Position numbers and translations under genes: made by a program. Below are positions 1-10,978 of a stretch of 64,000 nucleotides of DNA, in pieces; position 1 is the stretch's first letter; every line of letters starts with the position of its first letter. The notes under the pieces were generated by a model, which saw only the letters and a list, made by a program, of their open reading frames with translations, ran no database searches and was not told where the DNA came from. The DNA is from Marsupella aquatica. Taxonomy: Eukaryota > Plantae > Marchantiophyta. The DNA lies in contig OZ316893.1 in the NCBI GenBank assembly GCA_973895155.1, forward strand, positions 17,887,836-17,951,835, given 5' to 3'.

Positions 1-2619
1 ACGCTCCGTAAGCTGGGCTACGGTGTCATTGAGGAAGTGGGTTCCACGGTCGCTTACCAATTCTAAGGGCGGGCCGAATCGGGTGAAAATCTGTTCGTAT
101 AAGAATCTAGCACTGGTTGCAGCGTTGTCCTTTACCGTAGCCCGCGCTTCGACCCACTTGGTGGAGTAATCAATAGCTAGTAGGATGTACCTGCATCTTT
201 GCCTTCGGGTAACGGGAGTAAACGGCCCGATATAATCAATTCCCTATTTTTTGAATGGTGCCAATGGAAGCACAAATGTGAGCGGGTGATGATGAGCCCG
301 TCTCGGGGCCCCAGCCCGCTGACACAGGTCATAGCCCTTAATGAAGCGTTGTACATCCCGATGCAACGTCGGCCACCAATACCCCGAGTCCAGAATCTTT
401 CGGGCTGTCGTGACCGCCGCGAAATGGCCTCCAGCTTCTTCTTCATGCAAGGCCCGCATCACGATAAGCGTCTCCTTATACTCCAAGCAGCGTCGTAACT
501 TCCCATTAACTCCTTCCTTATGTAGGTGACCCTGTACCATGATGTAAGGCCCGGCTTTCCGTAGAAACACAACGGCGGCTTCCTGATTGATGCCGTTAGG
601 GATGCGGCCCGTCAAGAGGAAGGTGATAATTGAGCCGTACCACGTTGGCGTCCCCGCCCCTACGTGGAACAACTCCTCATCCGGAAAAATATCATCAATT
701 GGCTGATCGACTGGTACGCCGTCCAGCCTTGAAAAGAAGTCGGCATTGAGGTGTGCCTTTCCGGGCCGAACCCGAACTTCGTAGTTAAATTCCTGGAGAA
801 GTAGCACCCACCGGGCTATCCGTCCTGTCACGTCCGCTTTGTTGACCATGTACTTCAGGCTATCATGATCCGTGTGGAATATGACCTTGTAGCCTAGCAG
901 ATAGTGTCGGAACTTTTTACACGAGTAGATTATTCCCAGAGCTTCTCGATCAGTGGGGGAATAATTCTTTTCGGCTGTGAATAATTGACGGCTAGCGAAG
1001 TAGATGGGGTGGTCGCGTCCGTTCTCATCAAGCTGACTGAGCACGGATCCAATACAGAACCCTGACACATCGACATACACGTGGAACTCCTTATTCCAGT
1101 TCGGAGTGACCATGATAGGTGCGGTTGTGAGTCTTTTACGGAGTTCTTCGAAAGCAATCCGTCTCCTGGGTGTCTCCTCGATTACCGCGTCCTTTTTCAT
1201 CATCTCAGTCAAGGGCAACGCTATTTTAGCAAAGTCTTTAATAAACCGACGGTAATACCCTACACAGCCCAAGAAGGATCGTACCGCTTTTTGATCTACG
1301 GGAAACACCACCGCCATCCAGGCCGCGACCTTCTCTTGGTCCACCTCGATACCCTGTTTGGACACACGATGCCCGAGTAATACTCCCTCCTCTACCCCGA
1401 AAAAACATTTAGCGGGATGTAGTTTGAGGTTAACCTCTCGGCATCGTTGCAACATTCGTCTTAGGTGTTCGGGGTGCATGGCAACGGTTCCGAAGATGGC
1501 AAAGTCATCGATAAATATCTCCAGAAATTCCCGTAGGAAATCGTGGAAGATATTCATCATAAGGCGTTGAAACATGGCCGGGGCATTACACAGACCGAAA
1601 GGCATCCTCCGAAATGCGAAAGTCCCCCACTCCGTAGTGAAAGTTGTTTTGAGCTGATCCGCGAGGCGAATCCAGATTTGGTTATAACCTGAATACCCGT
1701 CAAGAAATGTATAGATTTCATTTTGGGCTACCATATCTAGAACCATATCCGTGAATGGTAATGGGTAATGGTCTTTTCGGGTTGCGTCGTTCAGCTTACG
1801 GTAGTCCTGACAAATACGAATCTTAGGTTTTCCATCCGTACCTCCCTTCTTAGGTACAATGACAATGGGAGAGACCCAGTCGTTGGCCATTACCGGGTAG
1901 ATGATATCGGCGGCGAGGAGACGATCAATTTCCTCCTTCACTAAGATGGAGTACCTCGGGTTCATGCGACGTTGTCGCTGCCGTACCGCATGGGCTCCTA
2001 GGTTCAGATCGATCGTGTGTTCTCCCAACTCGGGGGAGACGCCTGTTAAATCATGATGACTCCATGCAAACACATCTTCATATTCCTTGAGCAAAGCTTG
2101 GATGGATTTTTCAGCCTCCCCTGTCAGAGCGTGGCCCAGGTTAAAAGATTTGTCCATCCCAATGGTGTACTTCCGGTAGTGCTCCTTCCTGATGACTTCA
2201 ACCTGGTTTCGCAGGCTCGCGTCCAGGCTCGCATCAAGCTCGGCTAACCGAACTCCTCCGTACATGGGTGGAACCGGGATTGGTCTCGGGATTGGAGTTA
2301 CTTCCTCCAATTGCGGAATGGACGGATCCCATGAGACTCGTTTCTTATGTCTCGGTCTCGAGTTTTCGGCCTCGGGCGGTTGTTGGGCTGGTTCGTGGTC
2401 ACGAGGCTCTGCAACGATAGAAGCAGCCTCGGTTCCCTGCTTAGCTGGAGCCGTGTCCTCCATCTCGATGAGTTGTTCATGCGTTTCCTCATCCCTGGCA
2501 GTAGATGTGCTTGGGGTGGACTCAATGGCAGCCCTCGGGTAGTTTAGGAGATGTGTTTCGCGGGTTGCTTCAACTCCGAAGACATCTTCCTCGGACAGGG
2601 ACGAGATGAGTTCAATCAT
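1..2619 (-). pseudogene. pol: G1 pol: reverse transcriptase, RNase H, integrase
   Basis: RT motifs: CQDYRKLN, LDGYSGYNQI, MPFGLCNAP, FIDD. RH: FHVYVDVS, DREALG. INT zinc finger H..H..CQR. The core continues past a stop at 244 (GIDYIGP, IDYSTKWVEA, SDRGTHF). Confidence 0.95.
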
Positions 2620-5300
2620 ATTGAGTTCCTTTCCTCCAAGGTCTCCAAATCATATTCCTCGGGTCCTTGTGGGGTTTCTCCCTGATAATCGTCCATTGCC
2701 CATGATACCCGTACGGTGGGTTCCCCGAACCGTAGCTCCTTCTTTCCCCAATCCGTGACTACGCTGCCACCGCACAGCCACGGCCTGCCCAGAAGAACCG
2801 GGTAAGAGGAGGGACGAACCGGCCTCATGACTAGGAAGTTGAGATAGAACTCCACCCCTCCCACCAGGGTGAGCACTCGTGTGAGCGTGCCTAATGGGAG
2901 GACCCTTGCCCCGTTTGCTAATCTGATGGCTCGGGCTGTGGGTTGATACGTGAGGTATCCTAACTTGACTGACGTTTCTTTAGTCATGATGTTGACTCCC
3001 GCTCCTCCGTCTACAAGAACCATCTTGATGGTACAATCATTAATTTTGATCAAGATGTCCGGCGCTCCAAGGTCCTCGCATATCATGTTGCAGTCCGCGA
3101 TCCCAACTCGGGGTAGTCTCCTCCTCCGGCGACCCATGAGCAACTCCCTTAGTTGCCATCTGTACTGTGGGTTGTTCTGCAGCAGTTGCCCCACCGTCGT
3201 TGTAACCAGGCAACTCTTCATGTCTTCCTTAATATCGTAGTTCTCCTTTTTATCCTCTTTCGGCTGCAGCTTGGCTTCCTCTTGCTTTTCTTGCTCTTCT
3301 TGCTCCTGGCGTCGGGCGGTCTCGGCTGCTTTGATGTCCTTATCGATTGCCTTCTGGTATTCCCGAGCTTCGTAAGCCTCCAACTCTTTCTTTACCAGTT
3401 CTTCGATGCGGGGGTAGAATAGCTTCGGGTCATCCCGTCGGTAGTCATCGTCCTTTTCCGGGGGTATATCTATCGCTGGCTGCACCGGAGTAGTATCTTG
3501 CTTTTTCCTTCGTTTCTCCTTCGTCTTCTCTTCCTTCCGTTCGGCCCTTGTCGACACTCGGTAGCACTCGGCCTCATCCAATGGATCAGGGTGCTCTGCT
3601 ACGTCCACCAAATTCACCCACTTGGTGTTGTCATCTTGCCATTCTACAGCAATCATTTGGACGACTGCATCGTTCGTGGCCGGTCCAGCCTGGGCCGGTC
3701 TAGCTACGCTCGTTCGAGCAGCAATTACCAACGGACAGTTGGCCGTGGAATGAGCCTCCGTTTTGCAGACTTGACATAGTGGGGTGCCTCGGCCATCTCC
3801 CTGACGTCTTGGTTTGGTGCATTCCCTCGCAAAGTGTCCTGGCTTTTCACAATTATAACAAACCGGGGATCGCCAAATCCCTGGCTTAGGAGGGATGCTC
3901 GGGTTACTGATAACCTGGAAACTCCGGCCATTGTTTGGGTAGGGGTACGCAGTTCTACCCGCTAAATTACGCGGACCTACCGTTGAAATCTGGTACACAG
4001 AATCAGGAGGGTCCTCAAAGAAATACTCCGTGGACTCCGATTCGGGACTCGGGTTGTCAACATCATCCAGCTCTACTTGGTGAACTCGGTTCTTCCACCT
4101 TGGGCATTCCTGCACCACATGGCCGGATTGGAAGCACTTTGAACACCACGCATGGGCTCAAATCTCAGATGGCTTCTTCTTCTCCATCGGCTTTTCAGCA
4201 AGATGTACTGACAGTGCTTTGAGTTGATCCGTGATTTCGTTCAACTTGTTTGCTTTGGCAGCCTTTGGATCTGGTATCGTTCTTCGCGCCCGGGGTTTGA
4301 TCTTCCCCTCCTTCTTCACTCGTCTCTTCTTCTTTTTGCACCGGCTTTCGCTCTCCGAGTCACTTCCTGATGAACTGGAGGTAGAGGATCCGGTGCTTGA
4401 AGCTGAATCCGAACTGGATTCCGTCTCCGAGCTGGACGAGGTCGAACGATGTTTCTTCTTCTTCTTGCGTTTCTTCTTTCTCTCATCGTCCAATTCGGAG
4501 TCACTGTCACTGAAGGTCTCGTACTTACCCTTCTTGCGGCGTGCTTGCTGGCTCCGCCGAGAGTTATAGGTGGACTCCCGGTAAGTTTTGGCGCACGCTA
4601 TGGCCGCCTGCATTGAAATTGCATTATTCTGGCGTACCCAGAATTGCATATTCGTGGGCAAACCATGAAGGAACCATGTAAGCTGGAGCGCGTCTCCCGG
4701 CCTGGGCCGGATCTTGGCCGCAAGTTTCTGAAACTTCTGAATGAACTTCCGCAGGGACTCCTTCTTTCCCATGCGAAGCTGGCCAATCTTTAGTAGAGAA
4801 CGCTATTCTGATCCAATGGCACGAAACTCCTGCAGCAATGCAGCTTGGAATTGTGCCCATGTAGTCCCGGGTGGCAACGAGTTGTACCATGGACGAGCTT
4901 CTCCCCGCATCACTCCCGGGAGGACGGTTAGTTTAATGGCGTCTTCCCCATTAGCTTTAGCAGTGGCTTCAAACTCATCCAACCATTCATCCGGATCATC
5001 CCCATGACGCCCCTTGAAAGGTCGATAATGAAATCGCGATCGTTGCGATATTTGTGGAGGAGCTTGAGCAGCGCGGGCCATCGGTGGAGCGGCTACCATA
5101 GGTGGTGGTGGTGGTGGTGGTGGCGGAGGAACCACAGTAGGACCGGTCGAACCGGACCCCGAAGGTCCCGGGGGTATGTTCATACGTCGGGGCGATTGTG
5201 AGTCCTCCGAGCCCGAAGAATCGGAACTTGTCGTGGTTGCACTTTCTCGTTCGCTGGTCAATCTCCTCAAGTAAGCTGCTTGAGAACGAGTGACGGGCAT
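2616..5300 (-). pseudogene. gag: G1 gag plus aspartic protease
   Basis: Retrotrans_gag-like segment (DPDEWLDEFE..ARPWY), three CCHC knuckles, protease VLVDGGAGVN..LLGRPWL. In-frame stops at 4803 and 4158; frameshift at about 2618. Confidence 0.9.
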
Positions 5301-5393
5301 TTACTCATATAAATGCGATGGTTAGTACTACGTCCTGATGTATCCTGCCTAGGTGAATACGCACATATCTCCCCTCTACGATATGCAGAGTGC

Positions 5394-5411
5394 CCCCTCC
5401 ATCTAGCGCCA
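5394..5411 (-). promoter_or_regulatory. Primer binding site of G1 (tRNA-Asn type)
   Basis: Minus strand reads TGGCGCTAGATGGAGGGG, 17/18 complementary to the plant tRNA-Asn(GUU) 3' end as recalled. An identical 18-mer occurs in G2 and G3. Confidence 0.85.
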
Positions 5412-6317
5412 AAAACAAAGGCTATGTCATGTCGTCGGCTTCGGCCTTAACTCAGACTTCAGCTTAGACGGGCACATCCCTTGTAAATCTGAGGGTTCGG
5501 GCAGGAAGGGAAGCACGTAATGCACCTTATTCTCATAAACTAGCGCTAAGTGCGCATACTGCTAAATATGAACACCTCCTAGGTATGGTTTGTGTTCCGC
5601 CACCGGAATGTACCTTAGTCGATAGCAGGATCGACCCCGGCTTAAGGGCTTCTAAGCCTTCGTGCTGTCCACCTTCGATCCAGATTCAATGATACAGGTC
5701 CTCAACCCGTGCTCGCAACCACTTACCCGTAGGCTACACCCTGTGCACGTCTCGGGTAGTGCGTTCGGCCTGGCCCTGCCACCCATATACAAGAAACCCA
5801 CACACATACACACGCACATGCATACAATCTTGATTTACACGAAGGAAAATGATGGGAAAGGATTTTACTACAAAGGGAACATATGCGTACACTTAGTTGA
5901 CCCGACAGCCCCGGAATGAACAGGTTCAAGGGCGAGGGTGCACACTACAATGGAGCCCGGCTCCGCACTCGCCCGACGAGCTTAGTCCTACCCCCCCCTT
6001 GGTACTCTTTCATTCCCAGAGGTCGGGACTCCCCGCACATACCGCGGACGTCCAACTTTGAAACTAAAAACCCCCCTGCCTCTACCGAGGGGTGCACTAA
6101 ATACTAAGGGCCGAGGGACGGGGTGTCCTCTCGCCGAAGATTCGCTGACTAAGGTCCTAACTATGCTGACAATCAGGCCGGAAACGGCTGTGTCTTATTA
6201 GAAGATCCTAATCTACGTAGGCTGGACAGCATGGCAGCGATGCTGTACCTAAGGCAGGTGCCTGTCCCAAGAGCTTGACTAAGCTAGTCCTAATCCTAAT
6301 CTATTCCTACTCCGCCG

Positions 6318-8959
6318 CTAATGCCTGGCACGCTTGCCAGAGCCGCCTGAATGGGAGCGGCCATCCCGCTGCCTTCGAAGCCTGTCATTGTCCGCCTTGA
6401 GGAGCTGGACCTGGTCCAGCAGAGATTCGTTCTCTCACCTCGCCGCGTCCGTCTCCTCTGCTGCCTCCTGACATGCCTCCTCCAGCTGCTGGGCGTCGCT
6501 CGTCAGTTTACCCGCCAGCTGGTCCTGCTTCTTGGCCTCGGTTTGGAGCCGCGCCACCTCGGCCTGCAGCGTGGCTATCTCCGCCGTATCCCGCTGGGCC
6601 CGTTCCTCGGCCTCCTCCAGGTCTTTCTGCAAGGTGACAGTTTGATTCTTCAAACTCTCAATCTGGTTCCGGAGTCGTGTAATCTCGGCCTCGTTCCCAG
6701 CTTTGGCCTGTTCGGCTAGGGCGGTAAGAGCGTGCGCCTTTGCTAACAACTCATCGGTGGTTGCAACCTTGGGTCATAGTTGCCAAAGCTCAGCCTCTTG
6801 AGCCGCAACTTCGTTCTTTAGGTACACGGACTCCACCCGGTACCGCTCTATCCTCTGAAGGGCCTCTGACTGGGCCGGACCTGCCTTTACTGTGGCAACC
6901 AACTCCTGATTGAAGAAATAGGCTACCTTCCGGGCCATGAACTCCCCGGTATCCCGGGCAATTTGATGAGAGAAATCTCCCAGAAGCCCGTTCAGAAATG
7001 TACCCGGTACGAAGAGTTCCGGGTGGTCCAGGTTGTGCATGTCCGGAGTTGGGCACCGGCAGACGTCAACACGCGTGGGGGCCGGGGCAGTGACGTCCAG
7101 CCCTGGGGACGTAACGTTGGAAGGGGCTGGAGCGTCCTCCTGTAGCAATGTCCGGTTCTCCGGAATAGCCACCGGTGGGTCTTTGGGAGAACCGGGCTCG
7201 GGTAAGACCTCCGCCGTACCGACTTCTGTACTTAGCCCGGCCTGTTGGGTCGCATCAACGGTTGCAACACCTGACCCATCCGGTACCTCCTCGGTTACGA
7301 CTACAGCTACTTGTGGAGGTGGGTGGGTGAAGCTGGCGTGTCCGCTGGACTTCGAGCCTCGGGTTGGGGCCGTCTCTCCAAGGCCGGGAAAACCCACCTA
7401 GCTGGGACCAGCTTTGTAACGTTGACACGGGGAAGGGTTCGTCGATCAAACCGAGCGTACCACTCAAGAATGATCTCGATGTGGCTAGCAAAATATGCCT
7501 TCCCGCCAATGTACAGGGTCTTCCTTCGCCGCTCCATCTCTTCATGGAATTTCTTAGCGAAGTACGACGCCCACCTCCTAGGTCGATAGTTCTCGACCTG
7601 GATAACCTGGGCGGCGGAGATCTCTCCCCGGGGTTCCATCATGTGGAGGGCGTACCTCTGGAACTCCAGTCGCTCAGCTATCTCCGGGATGAGACAGGTC
7701 CTCATCACGAACCCGTTGTCCACTGCTCCCTCTGAGGGAAAGCTTGAAGATTGGTACTTTGCTCCCTTGCCCCCGGGAGCCCGTGATTTGACTCGATGGT
7801 CACCTTCGGGTAACCCGAAGATCATCCTGAGCCGTTCTTCCGTGAGGGACATACTCCTTCCCCGCAACCGAGTATGTTGATGCGCGTCGTCATAATTCCT
7901 GACGAACTCCGTCATGTCCTCCCCGTAGTACCTGCAAGTGTTCCAGGGGAGGGAGGCGAGGTGCTCGAATCCCTGAGTCTTCAGGTACACCGCATGCTTG
8001 GGATGGAGGATGTTTTTGTGAACGTTTTCCCCCATGCGGTGCATCGTCACCTTGGCTACGGCTACCGTGGCCAACGGTAACCCGGATGCAGTGGCGGATT
8101 CCTTCCTCTTCTTCCCCCGTGACTGGCTCGGGGAAGGTGACACCTCCCCATCCTCCCAATCAGGCCTGGGTAGTGCCACTGCCGTTAGTAACAGGCCCGG
8201 GTCGGCCACGGTCACCATGTTGTCTGCCGGGGCCGCTCCTGGGGTCAGAGCAGGGGGTGGGGACGATATAGTGTCGGCCCCCTGAGCGCTTGTTCCTCTG
8301 GGCCGCCTGGTCAAGGGTGGGGTAGCCTCGTCGTCATCGCTAAGATCCACAGCGTTGATGACGGAGCGTACTTGTGCTGGCTGGGCGATCGGTGGTGGGG
8401 TTTGGCTAGGCTGCGGCTGAGGCTGAAGCTGAAGCTAAACCTGAGGTTGTATGGGTACGGGTATGGGTACGGGTACGGCTGAGTTGGTCATATTGGTTGA
8501 TGGCCGAGTTCCCCTGAAGCTCTGTAGGTGCTGGTAGAAGTTCTCTGAAGTGAGTGCAGACGACCTTGTCAAACGGGTAGTGCTGGACTCGCGGTTGATG
8601 ATAGCCCGAACCTGAGCAGGGATGTGGTCGAAGTGATGTCGTTGCAAGTCGATCGTACCCGGGATATTGAAGACCTCGTCCGGAAGCCGAAGCAATGCTT
8701 CCCAAAACCCGATATATTTGTCTCCGTTGAAGAAGTACCCAGATACTTCTGCTGGTCGGTAAAGCTCGCTCTGAGACAGGTAGTCAAAGTTAAGGATGTA
8801 GTGGTGTCGTCCTGCTAGGCGAATGGCTCTCTCGTACTCGCGTTCGATTTCGTATCGGTGCGGGTTGGTGTGTTTCAATGAGTCGGCCAAGTGCCTTCCG
8901 GTAGATAGGAATTGCGTCCAGAATCGAATGGCCGAGCTGGAGAGGATCGTGTGCAACAT
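6318..8959 (-). pseudogene. LTR-encoded accessory ORF (N-terminal helical domain, Athila-ORF1/plant-mobile-domain-like domain, coiled coil)
   Basis: Joined ORFs 8435-8959, 7307-8350, 6774-7397 and 6435-6749. Motif EFVRNYD..LRGRSMSLTEERLRMIFGLP. Homologous to 29756-32395 with many synonymous changes. Confidence 0.8.
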
Positions 8960-9060
8960 TCAGAGGAGATAGTAGTGGCGACTTAGAGCGAACGAGAGAG
9001 CTGGGGTCGAAGCTGGCGCGTGGACTGATGGACTGGTGCACTACAAAGGGTTGGCTCCCC

Positions 9061-9067
9061 TTTTATA
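9061..9067 (-). promoter_or_regulatory. Candidate TATA box (TATAAAA) upstream of the LTR ORF
   Basis: About 100 bp upstream of the ATG at 8959; conserved as TATAAAAA near 32495-32501 in the second copy. Confidence 0.55.
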
Positions 9068-9426
9068 CCTTGAGGGCTTGTCGATCCTCCGATGTCTCCT
9101 CGATGCCCATAGGCTGAACCGCTCACGCTTGTGGTGTACCGGCCACTCCGCCGGTCTGAGTCAGCGCGTGTCAGTGGCCGCTTCCTTAAGTTCGTTATAC
9201 GGACCCGAGGGAGGGGCCCCTCCACGCTCGTAACCCGGGTGTGCGAATAGCGACCCGCCGCCAGTCCGAACCTGAATTCCCCCTTATTGCCTAATGATGT
9301 CCTACCCATAATGATTACCTAAATACTGTCGTTATGCTAATAATAGCGGCCTAAGACACTCCTAACGCACATGCTGAGCGCAGTTAGACCAAATCACTCA
9401 TTAACCGCCGTACCGGCGGCGTCACA

Positions 9427-10915
9427 ACCCTTCTCCTTTGCAACCCATACAAAGCTTGACTGGCTGACCATCCGCTTGTTTCCTTGCATTGGTGCACTCC
9501 CGGGAGAAGTGACCTGGTTGACCGCAGTTGTAGCATGCTGCAAATCTCTGAACATTTGGTTGTGGAGGTGTAGTTGGATTTTGAATGATGCGGGGATACA
9601 TCTCCCCTGAAATGGTTCTCAACGCTCCCCACAAAGAAGTGGGTCGGTTAGCCAAATCTCGGGCTCCGGCCTCACTGATGCCGAACACACTATCCGCGGC
9701 ATCTCCAAGTATGTACTCCACCTCAAACTCCCCTATCGTTCCATCGGTTATCAATCGAACATGCTTTGTACCATGCTTTGGACAGACATCCTTATGATGT
9801 CTGGTGGTATAACAGTGAGCGCACCATACTGAGGTGTCATCGGCTGCCTCCTTCTTCACCGGCTTTGCGTTGGCTAATAATGCTTTCAGCTGCTCCGTGA
9901 TAGCTGTTAACTGATCCGGAGATGCTTTCTTGGGATCCAACTTGGTTTTCACCTTTTCCGCAACCCTCTCTTTCTTTGTGATTTTCTTTTTCTTACTCCT
10001 GTCACCATCCTCCGAGCTGGAAGATGTTTCACTCTTACTGGTATCACTCTCAGAGCTACTACTCTCCTCCTTGGCTTTCTTGGATCGCTTCTTCTTGGTC
10101 TTTTTCTTGCCGGATTCCTCCTCTGAAGATGAATCCTCAGACTTATAGTGCTTTTTCTGGCTCGTGATATCAGCATTGATGTATAACTGAATATCACGAA
10201 TTACCTCCGCTAAAGACTCTGGATTCCCCTTCCTAATCGCGAAACTCATCTTTTGAGGTAGAGCATTAACCAACCACTGCAACTGCATCTCGTCTGATGC
10301 ATTGGTCTTGGTTCGTTGCACCAATTTGTGGAATCGCTGCAAGAATTTCCGGAAAGACTTGTTCTCCTTGAATTGAAGCCGTCCTAGCTTCAACATTGCC
10401 AATTCAGACGTCCCAATGGGACTGAATTCCTTGACAAACAGCTGCTTGAAGGTGACCCATTCATTCTGCTCCCCTGGTTCCAAATTGGAATACCATGGTC
10501 GAGCCTCACCCTTAAACAACCCAGGTAGGATCTGCATCTTAATAGCGGACTCTCCATTAGCAGTTGCAGTCCCATCAAACTCCTCTAGCCAGTCATTCGG
10601 ATCCTCCTCATGTTTACCATGGAATGCTTTGTAATGGATTCGTGATCTCTGACTGAGTCGTGGTGCTGCTTGCCCACCAAATTGTGGATCCAGCTCACCC
10701 ATCTCTTGCACTGGTGAACTGGGTTGGGTACTGGGCGCGTTACTACTCAACAGATCCCCTTCCACGGTTTCTAGTTCCACTCCAAAAGCACTTCGTGAAC
10801 CGCCGTTGCCGATTGCAGTCTTCACCCTCTTTGACTCTTTCCACCTCGTAATTTGCTGCAATCGCGCTTCTTCCCTTAGTGTTGCTCGCTCTTCTCGTGG
10901 TGTGAATTCGTTCAT
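9427..10915 (-). pseudogene. gag: G2 gag, truncated in the third zinc knuckle by the G1 insertion
   Basis: DPNDWLEEF..ARPWY; knuckles CAHC..H..C, CYNCGQPGHFSREC, and CMGCKGEG cut at the G1 LTR. Confidence 0.9.
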
Positions 10916-10956
10916 CACCTAACTCTGCGCAACAAACAATTCACAAGTAAGAATGC

Positions 10957-10974
10957 CCCCTCCATCTAGCGCCA
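10957..10974 (-). promoter_or_regulatory. Primer binding site of G2
   Basis: Same 18-mer as in G1, 4 nt from the LTR terminus at 10979. Confidence 0.85.
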
Positions 10975-10978
10975 AAAA

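Larger units (their letters stand above)
1..9426 (-). mobile_element. Ty3/Gypsy LTR retrotransposon G1 (non-chromovirus, Athila/Tat-like); 5' LTR plus gag-pol, running off the left edge
   Basis: Minus-strand order is LTR, PBS, gag, PR, RT, RH, INT. It is inserted into the gag of element G2 at 9426/9427; the flank ACCCT is predicted as the TSD at the far end. Confidence 0.95.
5425..9426 (-). repeat. G1 5' LTR, about 4.0 kb
   Basis: TGT...ACA termini, 13 nt from the PBS, colinear along its length with 28872-32870. Confidence 0.85.

Noticed and set aside
2610-2625. Programmed frameshift between protease and RT in G1
   Set aside because: The equivalent region of G3 is in one frame and no slippery site is evident; likely a mutation.
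4803-4805. gag stop codons as readthrough signals
   Set aside because: G2 gag is open across the same positions; consistent with C>T decay.
5100-5130. GGT, GAGGTT (31857-31886) and CT (22250-22330) microsatellites
   Set aside because: Ordinary poly-Pro and QP coding repeats and a CT-rich leader.
6774-6776. TGA shared by both G1-family LTR ORFs (also 30211-30213) as a programmed readthrough
   Set aside because: The distant copy has Arg at the aligned position (QLR), so CGA>TGA decay is the simpler explanation.
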